Shown piece by piece: positions 1-11,940 of a stretch of DNA of 64,000 nt (positions are counted from its first letter, which is position 1; the number at the start of each line of letters is the position of its first letter). The stretch is from an uncultured delta proteobacterium (GTDB lineage Bacteria > Myxococcota_A > Polyangia > Polyangiales > Polyangiaceae). The notes beneath the pieces are model-generated. The model was given only the letters and a program-made list of their open reading frames with translations. It was not told where the DNA came from and did no database searches. A program made the translations under genes and the position numbers. Location: assembly GCA_963696385.1 (NCBI GenBank), contig CAVOKF010000002.1:64001-128000 (forward strand), in the 5' to 3' direction.

Positions 1-980
1 CGCTTGCCGCGCTTGTAGATCGCCACAATTCGCCCGCGATACACGAATGAATTCGCCTGCCATTCGATGTCGAGATCGACCGTGTGGGCCGGAAGCAGGT
101 CCCAGTTCAACTTCTGGCCGAGCAACTTGGGGATGGATTTGCCGGCGCTGTCGAAAGCGGCCCGAATGGTGGGTCGAATGTTTTTGGTTCCGCGGACGAT
201 GAAGGCGCCGCCCGCTTGGTCGACGTCGAAAAAGAATTTTCGCTCCTCGTACCCTCGGTCGGCCAGAAAGAGCCGCTCGCGAAGACTCGCGGCCTCGGGA
301 CGGTAGGTTCGCTCGGTCTCCTTGTCGGCCGTCAGGGCGACGATGCGCACATCGTCTTGGAGCAGACTCATCGTGACGTGCAGTTCCACGGCGGCAGGCG
401 AGATTTTTGTAAAGCGGCCCGGCCATGTGCCTTTCAAGTCGTCCTTGAGCGCGAACGACGTCCCGTCGTGAATGACGATGTCCCGAAAGGTCGACAGTTT
501 GGGGGACACGGCGTGCAGAACCGGCTGGCTCATCTTCTGTACCGTCGCTTCCAGCAGCATCCGAAACATCTCTGGAAAGGACGCTTGCGCGAGCCGGTTG
601 TGAAAGGGCTTATATCGCAGCGAAAGGCCCGCGAATTTCCGGAACGTCCGCAGAATATCGGCCAACCACTTGGCGTGGCCCGACCCGAGCGTGGACAGCA
701 CCGCCACGACCATCGCCAGCGGCATCACCTTGCGCACTCGCCGTAGCCAGCCGCTACGTCTCGCGATCGCGGTCACCTGCTCCTCGCCGAGTACTTCCGT
801 AAGCCGTTTCGCATACACGCCGACTCCGGCGCGTGTCCTGTTTGATCCGTGCATCGGGGGTCTCCTTTCGCGTTGTCTCACAACAGCGTCTAGAGAATCC
901 CCGATGCCTTTGACTATCCAATTCGTGCACTATGCACGTAAGTGATCGAGATCACTCGGGAAATAAAGATCCTACCTATG
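1..980 (-). mobile_element. IS4-family element (transposase CDS <1..854, runs off window; left end at 980)
   Basis: Minus-strand translation from ATG 854: MHGSNRT...DIVIHDGTSFALK...AVELHVTMSL...LFLADRGYE (DDE motifs). Terminus CATAGGTAGG at 980 recurs at 39798. Confidence 0.8.
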
Positions 981-981
981 T

Positions 982-1506
982 ATGCGGCTTCGCGAACACC
1001 TGCAACCTCACTTCCTTCGCAACACGCTGAACGCCATCGCCGCCTTGATCGACGAGGAGCCTTCGGAGGCACGCGATCTACTCGCTGCTGTGGCCGATCT
1101 TCTGACGGACTCCATTGAGGACTCGGCTCCGCAGCGGCCGCTCGGCATCGAGTTAGCATGGTTACGTTACCGAGGATCGCTACACGTCGCTTGGGACGAA
1201 GAACCGATGACCTCGGCGACCCTGGTCCCGCGCCTTCTACTGCAGCGGCTCGTGGAGAACGCCGTGCACCACGGTGCACTCGCCAGACGGACCGATGGAT
1301 GCGTGACGGTCCGCACGCGCGCCCGGCGCGGCGGCGGGGCCATCGTCGAGGTCGAGGACAACGGTCCGGTTATCTCCCCAAGTGGTTCGAGCGCCATCGG
1401 GCTGGGTCTACGGCTCGTCCGGCAGCGTGTCGATCTGGAGTCTCACGGCTCGTTTCGCCTGGAGTCGACTCCGAACGGCACACGAGCCATCGTGGAGTTG
1501 CCGTGA
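982..1506 (+). pseudogene. LytS-like sensor histidine kinase, 5'-truncated by IS4
   Basis: LQPHFLRNTLNAI, LQRLVENAVHHG, VEDNG and GLGL motifs; no sensor domain. Confidence 0.8.
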
Positions 1507-2285
1507 CACCGCTGCGCGTGTTGGTTGTCGACGACGAAATAGCCCGCCCGAAACTATCTGGTGCGATTGCTGCAACAGACTGGGCGCGCGGACGTCGTGG
1601 CCGCCGTCTCGACGGTCGAGGAGGCGCAGCAGGCGCTGGCGCCGGAGGCCGGCGCATCGGTCGACGCAGCATTTGTAGACGTGCGACTACGCTGTCCCGA
1701 GCGTGACGACGCGGGTCTAGCCTGGATCCGGAGCTTGGTCTCCACCACAGAGCCGCCGCTCTTCGTGCTTGCGACGGCCCACAAGAAGCACCCCGTCGAG
1801 GCCTTCGATCTCGGCGCGTCGACTTTTTACTCAAGCCGTTCACCTCGGCGCGCGTGCTGGCGTGCATGGATCGACTGACGGATCGGCGCCGTCCCGCACC
1901 GCGGATAGCACGGATACCCCAGCGCATCGCGGCGCGTCACGAGCACGTGATCGTCTTTGTCGACCTCGCAGAAGTCTGGGCGTGCGAAGCCGCCGAGAGG
2001 CTGACGTTCGTTCATTCAGCTCGAGGTCGCTTCGATCTTGACCTGACGCTATCGGCTATGCCCATGTCGCTCGGGCGCGGCTTGCTGCGCGTGCACGGCA
2101 ACTGGCTTGTGAATCCGTTGCGTGTCCTGGAGCTCGAGCGGGAGGCGGGCGAGACCACGTTGCTGGTGGGGTGCACGGAAGATGGTCGGACCGTCGGCGT
2201 GCGAGTGCCCGTCGCAAAGGACCGCGCCGCTGCCGTGCGCGATGCGCTGCCGTCGGTTGCGCCGGGTGTGCGACACTCCACTTGA
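1503..2285 (+). pseudogene. LytTR response regulator, frameshifted
   Basis: LRVLVVDDE start, REC segment (1561..1878) and LytTR segment (LLRVH..WLVN, 1854..2285) lie in different frames. Confidence 0.8.
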
Positions 2286-2386
2286 CCGTCAGAAGCCCCC
2301 TCCGAAGGGGAAGACCCACGTGCGGTCGTGGGACGAAAAGGGCAGGTAGTCGGATCAACCGCCGGGCTCACACGTGAGCATCCGAT

Positions 2387-3560
2387 TCACGGATCTCCCA
2401 CCAAGCCTGGCACCGGGATCGGCACGGCGCTGTAGGCTGCTTCACCCAACGACTCGCATTGGGCGGCGCCCCAGCAGACGACCCCGCCGCCATCCGCGAT
2501 GGCACACGCGGACGCCGCGCCCACGGAGACGGCGATCGCAGCGCTGCCCAGGTCGGGCACGGTAACCGGGGGATACGTCGGAACAACGCCGTCGCGTGTG
2601 TCATTGCCCCACGATTCGACGCTCCCCGCCCTCAACGCACAGGCGGACTGGGTGCCCACCGACACCGCCGTGACTCCGCTCGCCAGTCCGGACACGGCTT
2701 GCGGAATCGTGGCCGTAGCGCCCCCGATGTTTTGCATGAGAGCACCCCAGCATTCGATCTGCCCGCCGGTCGTGAGAGCGCAGGCGGACTGCTGTCCAAC
2801 GGAGATGGCCTCCACGCCGCTCTCAAGTCCCGTGACGGGGACCGGTGCCGCACTCGCCGCCGTCGAGTCGTTGCCGAGCTGACCGAAGTCGTTGCCGCCC
2901 CAGCACTCCACCCCGCCGCCGGCAGTCACGGCACAGGCCGAGTCGAACCCCACCGATACCGACGTCACGCCGCTCGGCAGACCGGCGACGGGCGACGGGG
3001 TCGCGAGATACGAATAGCCGCCAAGCTGAACGCCCCAGCACTCGACTTCGCCGCTGGCCGTCAATCCGCACGCAGACCCATCTCCGACCGACACGGCGAT
3101 GACCGCTCCGCTGAATCCAGCGATCGTCATCGTCAGCGCCGACGAGCCTCCGTCGCTCGCGGCCACGATGTCGCCCCAGCATTCCACTTCGCCGCTCGCG
3201 CTGGCGGCGCACGCCGAGTTGGTTCCGACGGAGAGCGAGAATCGGAGAGCTCGACAGGCCGCCGATGGGCACCGGAACCGCGCTCGAGACCAGCGAATCG
3301 TTCCCGAGCACCCCGTTCTGGTTGCACCCCCAGCACACGACCGCGCCTGCCGCCGTAAGAGCGCACGCGGCCGATGCTCCGATGGAGACCGCCACCGCCG
3401 TCAGCGGCTCCACGTGCTCTCCGGGTTCACGCTGGGCGCCCTTTTCGACCGGACCGTCGCCGATCACGCCGGAATCGTTCCCGCCAAGCTCGGCGCCGCG
3501 ATCGCTGCATGCAGGGAACGCCACGACAACCAAGACCCGCCAGCGCCAAGACAAGGCAGG
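2387..3560 (-). pseudogene. RCC1-repeat secreted protein, frameshifted
   Basis: Repeated SACA..GGVECWG.N..GQLG units split across ORFs 2387..3187 and 2823..3887. Confidence 0.75.
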
Positions 3561-3609
3561 CGGGCGCGCCCGACGGCGTCGCGCGCACGCCTCAAGCGAG
3601 CGGAACCGC

Positions 3610-3761
3610 GCTACGACGCGAAGCTGCTCCTCGAACTGTCGAACGGCCTGACTTACCGACGAGGCGGACACGTTGAGCTCGCGCGCCGCGGCGCTGAAGC
3701 TCCGCCTCGCGACGGCAAGGAATACGTGAAGCTGCGGCAGCAGGCTCGGGCTCAGCGGCAT
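3610..3761 (-). pseudogene. LysR HTH N-terminal fragment
   Basis: LHVFLAVARRSFSAAARELNVSASSVSQAVRQFEEQL. Confidence 0.7.
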
Positions 3762-3855
3762 GATTGTGAAGCATACCTTCAAGGCGCATTGCGATCGTGC
3801 GCGTAGCGAGAACGACGAACAGGTCGTACTTTCTGGGTCGGAGGCGAGAGGAGAC

Positions 3856-3910
3856 ATGACCAAGATCGAAGGAAAGGTCGTCGTCACGGCGCCAGCAGTG
3901 GGGTTGGCGT
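3856..3910 (+). pseudogene. Short-chain dehydrogenase N-terminal stub
   Basis: RBS plus MTKIEGKVVV(T)GASSGVG-like start, divergent from the LysR fragment. Confidence 0.5.
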
Positions 3911-4249
3911 GTCAGTGATCGACGAGTACCTGGCCACCCTCACCGGAGACCAGCGCGCGGCGCTCGATAAGCTCCGGAAGACGATACGTCCATCCTTCCA
4001 CTAGCCGAGGAGTGCATCAGCTACGGGATGCCGGCGTTTCGGCTCGATGGAAGAGTCGTCGCTGGATTCCAGGCTACGGCCAAGGGCTGCTCCTACTACC
4101 CATTCAGTGGAGCGACCTTGCAGACTCTCGGCGGGGACCTGAAGAGCTACGGCCACACCAATAGCGCCCTTCATTTCCGCCGTGACAAGCCCTTGCCATC
4201 GACACTCGTCCGCAAGCTGATCAAGGCACGCATCGCCGAGCCCCGATAG
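3909..4249 (+). pseudogene. YdhG/DUF1801-family protein, frameshifted
   Basis: IDEYLATL..QRAALDKLRKTI / ECISYGMPAFRLDG...KPLPSTLVRKLIKARIAE. Confidence 0.7.
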
Positions 4250-4466
4250 TTTCCAGGCGGGTCTGCGGTCCCATGCGGGACGAGCTTCGAACTCCTGCCG
4301 GTAAGCCCACCGCCGACCCACCGAATCGTTTTCCGGAGCCGGGCAGAGGTTGCCAAGGCAACCGGCCCCGAGGATGCGTTCCTCGCGCGTGGTGTCGTGA
4401 GCGGCCAATCATTAGGCAACCGAGGGATGTTGCCATCCCTGGCCCTTACGGAACCGAGCGCGTCCG

Positions 4467-4620
4467 CTAGGACGGGCCGGAGCGCGCTGCGATCGCCGCC
4501 TCATCGATGGCGCGCAGGATACGCCGCGCGTGGTCGAGGAACCGCTCGCCCGACGGCAAGAGGCGCACGCCGCGCGGCGTACGCTCGAGGAGCGGCGCGC
4601 CGAGCTCGTCTTCGACGTCT
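4467..4620 (-). pseudogene. LysR HTH fragment
   Basis: Manual translation: EDELGAPLLERTPRGVRLLPSGERFLDHARRIL. Confidence 0.6.
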
Positions 4621-4802
4621 CGGGTTTCCTTTCGCCGCGCTGCGTTCGGTCTCTGGTCGCAAAGCGACCAAATTCCAGCAGCCGCGTCTTTTCGTGTGCT
4701 TTCGGCAAACGTGCGTGAACCTATGACCGCGGACCGCTACTTTCGGCGGGGGGAGGCCCCTGAACCACCGGCGCGGGGGGGCGCCGCGCAACGAGCGAGC
4801 GT

Positions 4803-5057
4803 TTAGGCCCCGCAACAGCGCTTAAACTCTTTTCCCGAGCCGCAGGGGCACGTCGCATTGCGTCCGACCTTGGTCGCGGCGACGACGACGTTCTGGGGGT
4901 GCACGTGCGATGCGGCTCCGCCGCCCTCTCGAGCGACACGTCGCATGCGTTGGAACCGTTGGCGTAGTCGGTCCACACCGTAGCCGTCGAGCAACTCGCG
5001 CCAGAGGCGTTGGACCCGCGAGGACCGTGGACGTTGGGAGCTTGGAGGCGGCGAACC
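4803..5057 (-). pseudogene. SEC-C motif protein, C-terminal fragment
   Basis: KVGRNATCPCGSGKEFKRCCG; 5' part replaced by the repeat starting at 5058. Confidence 0.65.
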
Positions 5058-5170
5058 GAGCGAATAGTCGCTCCAAAGCGTATCGGCCAACGAAGAGACC
5101 GGGAAACCGCCGCAGTCACATAAGATCCCTTTGGGGCGCTCGTTCTCACTGAAACAGCGGACCGATTTGG
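5058..5170 (+). repeat. oriIS/dif-like repeat, copy 1
   Basis: GAGCGAATAG..CAAAG..TCGGCCAACGAAGAG..CAGTCACATAA-gatccc-TTTGGGGCGCT..GATTTGG. Confidence 0.85.
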
Positions 5171-5396
5171 TCCGGGCGGACGACTCGCGCGGTACGGTCG
5201 ACGGGTGCTTGACGTCGTGCTGGCGGTGACCTGCGTCATCGCCATCGTCCATTCGGCAAGGCAGCGGTTCGTATTCGGGATCGCGTGCGCAATGGCGATC
5301 GTCTACGGACTCGTCGCGTCGGCGTTTTGCGTAATGACCGCTGTCCGGCGCGGAGTGGTCGGCGCGGAGTACGCGTTCGGCCTTCTTTTCCTCGAG

Positions 5397-5840
5397 ATGG
5401 CGATACGCTTGGGGCTCGAGGTGACGCTGGCGATCGTGCAGACCAACACGGTCGGGCACACTCGAGCGGGTGGCTTCCACCGCCTCGCCTTCCAGCCGAC
5501 GTTCGACGGACAGGTCGAGGCCGGACGCGATCACGTCCTCGTGGACGATCACGTCGGCCTTGGTAGCACTCTCGCGAACCTTCGGGGCCACATCGAGAGC
5601 CGCGGCGGTACGGTCGTCTTGGCGACCACGCTGAGCGCGAGCCGTCGCAGTGAGGTGCTTGCGCTTCGCGCCGGGACGCTTCACTCTCTCTCTGACAAGC
5701 ATGGCGAACTCGACAAATACTGGCGGAACCACGTCGGCTTCGGCATCGACGTCCTCACCGAGGCCGAGGCCGGCTATCTCCTGCGCGCCCCGTCCGTTGA
5801 CGCCATCCGAGCTGGAGTGGCTCAGGCGAGAGGGGGCTGA
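5397..5840 (+). pseudogene. Phosphoribosyltransferase-like protein, probably 5'-truncated
   Basis: HVLVDDHVGLGSTLANL PRPP-binding loop. Confidence 0.6.
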
Positions 5841-6016
5841 GTTCCAGGCCGAGTATGCCGCCATCCGCGCCCGCATTGGTCATCCGGTGGATGCGCAGGC
5901 GGCGCGCTCTCGGGGCTGATCGGAACCAGAACCAGGCGGCGGTGCTGAGTTGGCTCCTTTCGTCGTCGTCTCCCCCACGCCGCGGCTGTCCTCGCTCCTT
6001 GGGCTGTCCGCCGGCT

Positions 6017-6350
6017 TCAGGCAGCGGCGCGGTAGTCATGATGAAGGCCGCCGAGCACGGGGATGGCCTCGACCGGGCCAGCAAACTTGGCTCGGGAGCG
6101 TTCCGTGCGGACCGGAGCCTGCTGGCCGATGCCCTGGTGAGGCCGAGCCGGGTTGAAGTAGCTCAGGGCATACTCGGCGAGGAGATACCGCAGGTGCCGC
6201 TCCGACAGGATGATCACGTGGTCGAGGCACTCGCGGCGGACGCTACCCAAGAAGCGTTCGCACACCGCATTCATCAGGGGCGCCCGGACCGCGGTGTGCA
6301 GGACGCGCGTCCCGACGCCCGCGGCGACGCGGTCGAAGACGGCTCCGAAC
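6017..6350 (-). mobile_element. rve/integrase-core transposase, 3' fragment
   Basis: MNAVCERFLGSVRRECLDH...ARPHQG...LGGLHHDYRAAA. Confidence 0.8.
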
Positions 6351-6489
6351 TGCCCAGGTCAAACCCCGAGTACGTGGCGCACCCTCGCCATCGCCCGCCA
6401 GAATCTCGGAGGCTCGTCCGTGACCGACTTCAGAACCGCGGAACATGGGCTTTTTTGCCGCGTTTGCCGCGTTTCTGTTCGCGATCCAG

Positions 6490-6595
6490 GAGCGAGTAGG
6501 CGGCGCAAAGCTTGTCGGCCGACGAAGAGACGCGGAAACCGTCGCGGCCACATAAAAATCGCCTTTGGGGCGTTCAAAGCGCCGTCCCAATTGAG
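6490..6595 (+). repeat. oriIS/dif-like repeat, copy 2 (8-bp spacer)
   Basis: GAGCGAGTAG..GTCGGCCGACGAAGAG..CGGCCACATAA-aaatcgcc-TTTGGGGCGTT..CAATTGAG. Confidence 0.8.
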
Positions 6596-6674
6596 CAACG
6601 CCCGCGCGCACTAACAGCTGCGCTGACGAGGAAGCCGCGAAGGCGCTTTCTACGCAAGCGAGGAGACCTGAACC

Positions 6675-6868
6675 ATGGCCAAAGCGACGACGGCGGCGAA
6701 GAAACCCCTTTCGAAGAGCGCAATCCTGCAAGCCGTGACGGAGGCGGGGCGGCGAGGAAATCTCGCGCAAGCAGGTCAAGCAGGTGATCGAAACGCTCGT
6801 GGAAGTGGGTCACCGGGAACTCAAGAAAACCGGCATCTTCGTGCTGCCCGGATTCGCCAAGTTCGTAC
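6675..6868 (+). pseudogene. HU-family DNA-binding protein, frameshifted and truncated
   Basis: KKPLSKSAILQAV / QVKQVIETLVEVGHRELKKTGIFVLPGFAKF. Confidence 0.65.
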
Positions 6869-7006
6869 CCAAGCCGTGATCACAGCGCCATCTCCATCAA
6901 CGAGCACGATCGTCGCGTTCTGGTTGGTTCTTGCGGACTGCCGCGGGCCCGCCGCATTTCGCTTCGCGCAGACCGCCCAAACGCTGAGCAACCCCGGCTA
7001 TGAGTA

Positions 7007-8665
7007 TCAGGGGGTCCGCGCGCACCGGAAGCCCTTGTAGGTATCCGCGTTGAGCGGGGGGGCCCCTTGAAATTCGTGAGGGGAGCAGCCAACCCACCAG
7101 TCGCAACCCTGGACGCTTCGACTGTACTGCTCGGGCGGCGCGGGGACCAACCCCAGATACGCGCAATCGCGGCCCGGACAAGGGTACGACGAGGGAAATA
7201 CGTCCAGGGTCCACTCCAGTTCCTCTCCGACCATGTCGAGTTGACCCCAGTAGGCGGCACCCTGTAGCGCGGTTCCCACCGGCGCAACGGAGCACGAACC
7301 GACGGACCACCCCTCACTGCAGTCGAAGTCACACTGGCCGATCTGACCGCAACCGAGGTTGAACTCGCCGCAGGAGCTGGGACCGCAGGCCCTGAAGTTA
7401 GGCACACACCCACTCCCGGCGGTCGGCGCCGGAACGGGCTCGGGATAGTCGCAATCGACAATCGCGTACTCGGGACTCCATACCGCAGTCAGTTCGTTTC
7501 CGGCATCATAAGCGTCCGGACCTGTCGAGCCCCAAGGGTATTCGCGCTCCTGGCTGCCGCCCACGGCGGCGTAGTCCCATTCCGCTGCGCTCGGCAAAAA
7601 CCCGCCATCCCAAATGCAGAACGCATACGCCTGGTACCAGGTGATGCCGGTGGCCGGTAGGTTTTCCGGACTGCCCGCCGTGATCGGCCAAGTGGCACTC
7701 ACGAGCGAGCTCCAAGAAACCCCAACCGGCGCCAGTAGCGCGTTCCAGTCGGTCGCGTCCCAGCCGGTCTCGTACACCGGTTGCTGAGATTGGGTCACGG
7801 CGCTCGCATTGACCAATCCGAGACCCCCATTCACGTGCGTGTGCTTGCCGCTGCCGTTCGCAGGCGGAGCGCCGGAGGCGCCAGCGACGTAGTTCACGTA
7901 CTGCCGGAACCGGCCCGCCGTAACGAGATACTTGTCCAGACGAAAACCACTCACCGTGACCGGGGGGCCCTCCACGAGCGCTCCCGCGTCGGTGACGGTC
8001 GGGTTACTGTTCGCTGGAGCGGGCGCAGCGGACGCGGCGGCAACGCGGTAGTACGTCCCGCCCGGGACTTCCAGGCTCGTGCAGCAGCTTTCGGTTCCGC
8101 TGCCGCCCGGACCGCAATTGGTCATGCCGGGCCCACCGGGGGCGCAACTCGGGGCGACGGTCGTCGAGCCAACGCAGGCGCCATCGACGCAGTCCCCCGT
8201 GAAGCACGTCCATACATTCCCCCATCCGCCGTCGGGGCCGCAGGTCTCGACGGCGTTGCCCACGCACTGCGTGGCCATCGGTGTGCAGACCGCCGACTCT
8301 TCGGTCGCGGCGTCCGCGGTTGGGGCGTCCGCGGTTGGGGCGTCCGCGGTTGGGGCGTCCGCGGTTGGGGCGTCCGCGGTTGGGGCGTCCGCGGTTGCGG
8401 CGTCCGCGGTTGGGGCGTCCGCGGTTGCGGCGTCCGCGCTTCCGGCGTCGGCAGTTGTGGCGTCCGCACTTCCGGTCGATCCCCAAGCACTCGAGAAACC
8501 GCTGGAGCTCGGGCTGCCGATCGATCCGCTTGAGGCGGGCGCGCTTGCGCCGGAGCGGCTGGGGGCCAGCGCCGAATCCGACGGCCCCAACGTGGGCTCT
8601 TCAGCGACTAGACCGCAACCGAAAAGCACGAGGGCGACCGCGCCCGAAACGCAAACTCGGCCCAT
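7007..8665 (-). CDS. FGE-sulfatase (SUMF1/EgtB) domain lipoprotein
   Basis: Lipobox LFGC; FRLDKYLVT, WYQAYAFCIWDGGFLPS, YPWG, GFRCAR. Confidence 0.85.
   Translation of the reverse strand: MGRVCVSGAVALVLFGCGLVAEEPTLGPSDSALAPSRSGASAPASSGSIGSPSSSGFSSAWGSTGSADATTADAGSADAATADAPTADAATADAPTADAPTADAPTADAPTADAPTADAATEESAVCTPMATQCVGNAVETCGPDGGWGNVWTCFTGDCVDGACVGSTTVAPSCAPGGPGMTNCGPGGSGTESCCTSLEVPGGTYYRVAAASAAPAPANSNPTVTDAGALVEGPPVTVSGFRLDKYLVTAGRFRQYVNYVAGASGAPPANGSGKHTHVNGGLGLVNASAVTQSQQPVYETGWDATDWNALLAPVGVSWSSLVSATWPITAGSPENLPATGITWYQAYAFCIWDGGFLPSAAEWDYAAVGGSQEREYPWGSTGPDAYDAGNELTAVWSPEYAIVDCDYPEPVPAPTAGSGCVPNFRACGPSSCGEFNLGCGQIGQCDFDCSEGWSVGSCSVAPVGTALQGAAYWGQLDMVGEELEWTLDVFPSSYPCPGRDCAYLGLVPAPPEQYSRSVQGCDWWVGCSPHEFQGAPPLNADTYKGFRCARTP
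8305..8440. repeat. 15-bp tandem repeat encoding an APTAD linker
   Basis: GCGTCCGCGGTTGGG repeated about 9 times. Confidence 0.9.
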
Positions 8666-8754
8666 CTTCGGCAGTGGCGGCAGACCCGGATAACGGCGCG
8701 CCCAATCGTTCCTCGACTTGATTACTTACCCAGACCTCTATGTAGGTCGTGTCG

Positions 8755-9469
8755 CTACACGTCATGCCGACTCGCCGGCGTCGCCGTGCATGCTCCTGCG
8801 CTGCAGTACGGCGTAGCCGCCGGGCACGCCACCGCAGTTGCCCAGCCGGTGCACCCGTTGGATTGCGTCGCGCACGTCTCGAGCCCGCCCGTCACGCACT
8901 GACCGGCTCCGATCGTGCACGCGTTGGTGCAACACGCTCCGGCACTGCATGCGCCGTTGCTGCACGGCGTCGATGCTGACTCGTAGAAGCACCCCTGCGC
9001 GTCCATCGCGCAGGTCACCAAGGTGGACGTCGTCGCGCACACGTTCCCCAAGGCCGTGCAGGTCGCGCCGGCGTTGCAGGTGCACGCCGCCCCCCCAGCG
9101 CTTGTCGTGCAGCTCTGATGCGCGCCGCGCGCCACCGCCGTCCCCCACTGGCCGTTCGACCCGCACATCTCGACGCCCGTGCCCGGGCACCGCGTGCCCG
9201 TGGGCGTGCACGCCGTCGAGCTGTTCGATGCGGAACTGCTGCTCGAACTGGAAGCGCTCGAGCTGGCGCCATTGGCGCCTGAACCGCTCGTGGCGGAGGA
9301 ACTGCTTGAGCCGGCCGCGCTGACGCCTGAGCTCATCGTCGAGCCTGGCTGCGGCTATGCTCTGCCCGGACGCGCCGCCGTCCAATTCGGACGTTGAAGT
9401 GCCGCCAAGTAGACCGGTTCTGGAGCCGCACCCGGCCAGAACCGAGACTGCGGCCGTCATCGCCCGCAT
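8755..9469 (-). pseudogene. Cys-rich secreted protein, frameshifted and truncated
   Basis: Leader MRAMTAAVSVLAGCGSRT resembles that of the 24821..25969 FGE protein; Ser-rich linker and Cys repeats are in another frame. Confidence 0.55.
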
Positions 9470-9644
9470 CCGCGTTTGGAATCGGGCCGCCTTCATTCCC
9501 CTGCCGAGCACTATCCCGTGAGTGGAGAGCGAGCGCAAGGACGGGCGCGAGGTTCGGCTCGAGAGCCGATCGCTACTCGTCGCTCGTCTTCAGGTTGCCT
9601 CCTTCTCCCGGATTAACCCATGCCATCGCGCTCGGAATCCCCGC

Positions 9645-9994
9645 TCAAGCCCTCAGCACGGCTTGCACTCTTGCTCTCTCTCCCACCAGAATCTCGAACG
9701 CTCGGCCGAGACCGACCTCGGCCGCAACCGCCTTGAGCAGGGACTCGACGGACCCGGCGCTCACGCCACTCTTCGCCACAGCGTGCGCGACCGGTGCCTT
9801 GACGGGTGCGGCTGCCTTCGCCGCCGCCTTGCTCGCGGCCGCTTTGGCGGCTCCGCGAACGTCGTAGACGTAGGTGTCCGTGAGGGCGATGCCGGCCGCT
9901 TTGGCCTTGGCGACCACGCCTTTGGCGGACAACCGGGGATCCGCGGAACGTACAAAGTCGGCTTTGGTCTGCTTGGGGGCTGTTTGGCTGTCAT
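9645..9994 (-). pseudogene. Small Ala/Lys-rich hypothetical protein, frameshifted
   Basis: GAGGAG RBS before ATG 9994; main body in ORF 9645..9932. Confidence 0.5.
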
Positions 9995-10008
9995 GTTCAA
10001 TCTCCTCG

Positions 10009-10131
10009 GAGCGAGTAGGCGTCGCAAAGCCTGCCGGTCGACGAAGAGCCGCGGAAGCCGCCGCGGAAACATATCGCGTCTTAATCGCGTCTTAGGAGCG
10101 TCCGTTGTCGCTGAAGCGGCGAAAGATTTGG
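10009..10131 (+). repeat. oriIS/dif-like repeat, copy 3 (11-bp duplication in core)
   Basis: CGGAAACATAT-cgcgtc-TTA ATCGCGTCTTA GGAGCGTCCGTTG..GATTTGG. Confidence 0.85.
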
Positions 10132-10452
10132 CGCTCGCGGGTGATCGAACAGGCCCACGCGCGGCTCGGGGTCGCCCGCGAGTCCGCGCGACCTTCATCG
10201 GTCATCGCAGACTATCGGCCCGAAACGTCCGACCGGCCGCGCGCCCTTCGCTTGTGCGCAGTCGCCGCAATAGGATCCGGCTGTCGCGGTGCGCCCGGAC
10301 GGAGCTCAACTCGACCGCGCGACTTGCTGTGGCATAGGCCTTGCTGTCATGCGGGAGCATGGAAGCAGCCGGGGGTTGTTCGAGGCGGCTGCGCGTCCAC
10401 GAGGCGGACGGCGAGCGCCCTCTCCCCGCCCTGAATCTCTCTGCCGCTCGCG

Positions 10453-10974
10453 TTGCTGTTTCTCGGGGCCGGCGCCTGCGGCCCCCCGTGTGGTGACCAG
10501 CCGGCGTGCAAGTTCGTCAATCTGCTGACGGAGTGCTTGTCGGCGCCGGACTGTCCTGTGAGCGGCGCCGGAGTGAAGGTGTTGCCGGGCGCGAACCCTC
10601 CCGACGCTGGGGCTCTTCAGACTATGGGCTCCAATGTCTCAATGACCCTCGTGAGCATGTTTCAAAATGACTCGATTGAGGTTCCCTTCGCAGAGAGCGC
10701 CGCCACGATTGCGGCGCTGCCGATCCTCGACATTCAGGTCCTGGGGGTGGTCTTCGGGAGCGCCGACCAGGTCTCCGTGCTCATCAACGGTCAGCCCTGG
10801 ATCGGGTGCGAGCCGCAGCACTTCAACGGGACCTCCGAAGAGTGGAAGTGCCCTCTCCCGGCGGGTACCCAGACCCTTGGGCTGCGAACGCAGGCGGCCG
10901 GCTTCGAAGCGGCGACGATCGCCCTGACCGAGGCCACCTGCACCGGCCACCAGTATGTCGTCTGTGGCGATTGA
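10453..10974 (+). CDS. Hypothetical secreted protein or lipoprotein
   Basis: Coding-like 173-aa ORF with a GAGAC lipobox-like motif; start uncertain. Confidence 0.5.
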   Translation: MLFLGAGACGPPCGDQPACKFVNLLTECLSAPDCPVSGAGVKVLPGANPPDAGALQTMGSNVSMTLVSMFQNDSIEVPFAESAATIAALPILDIQVLGVVFGSADQVSVLINGQPWIGCEPQHFNGTSEEWKCPLPAGTQTLGLRTQAAGFEAATIALTEATCTGHQYVVCGD

Positions 10975-11330
10975 GGGGGCGCGGGTGCATGGCATCGCGG
11001 TCGCCGTCTCTCTCGCGACCCGCACCCGACGCACATGTTGAAGCGTTCGGGCAGTGCGTCGAGTTCTCTCTCGACCCGATGGTCGAGGGATTCACGCCCT
11101 TCGCCAACTTGGATGGCGGCTACGTCCTTGCTGAAATCCGATAAGGCGTTTTACGATGACTCGCCGGGCCTTCTTGGCTCGACCCCGTTGCACTCCTTAT
11201 CCGCACGTAAAGCACCTCAGCGGATTTCAACGACGGCAGGACGCGGTCCTGATTTGGCTGCTCGCAACGATAGCCCGAACGTCGCGATCGGAGCTGGCCG
11301 GCTCCACCCTTTCTTAGCTCGATCGTTCGC

Positions 11331-11493
11331 GGCGAGTAGTAAACCCAAAGCACGTCGGTCGACGAAGACCTGCGGGAAGCCACCGCGGTCACATATATGC
11401 AATAGGCGATTCTGCGACTGCGCCGGGTGACGCATGCGAGGAGCGCGGACGGGAGACGGCGCAGTTGCTCAATCGACCGGTTGGACGGAGCCG
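11331..11493 (+). repeat. oriIS/dif-like repeat, copy 4 (type B right flank)
   Basis: Left ~66 bp nearly identical to copy 5; right flank ATAGGCGATT..TTGCTCAATCG..TTGGACGGAGCCG matches copy 14. Confidence 0.85.
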
Positions 11494-11940
11494 GTGCGCG
11501 GCAGAGACCGGGCGCTTCCGGAGGCCGTCTTGGCGGGGCCGCTATGGGGAAAGAGGCCGTACGGGTTCGGTCCGCGGCTGCGGGCTGGCTGGTGGCGTTC
11601 GCGTGGGTAGCGCAGGCAGAGGCGGGCGCGCGCGCCGAGGGGGGCCGACCGCGGTCCCAACCGGCGAGAATGGGTCGACCGATCCGCGCGCCGAGTGGGT
11701 ACGCCGTCGCGAGCGCACACGTCGCCCCGGCCGCGCCGAGGGCACAGTTGGGCGTGGTTGCCGACGCTTCGTTGCGGTCACGCGGCCTCCGGCGGCGCGC
11801 GCGCGAGGGCGTGGGGATCGTCGAGGGGCCGACGCACGACGGCGAGTGCGCCGCAGGCGGGGCATCGACGCACGTCGATGCCGGTCAAGTGTCGCAGCAG
11901 CTCTTGCCAGGGCAGCGCGGCATCGGGCGCGCCCAATAGG

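Noticed and set aside
8305..8440. 15-bp array as a regulatory or CRISPR-like repeat
   Set aside because: It is an in-frame low-complexity linker in the FGE gene.
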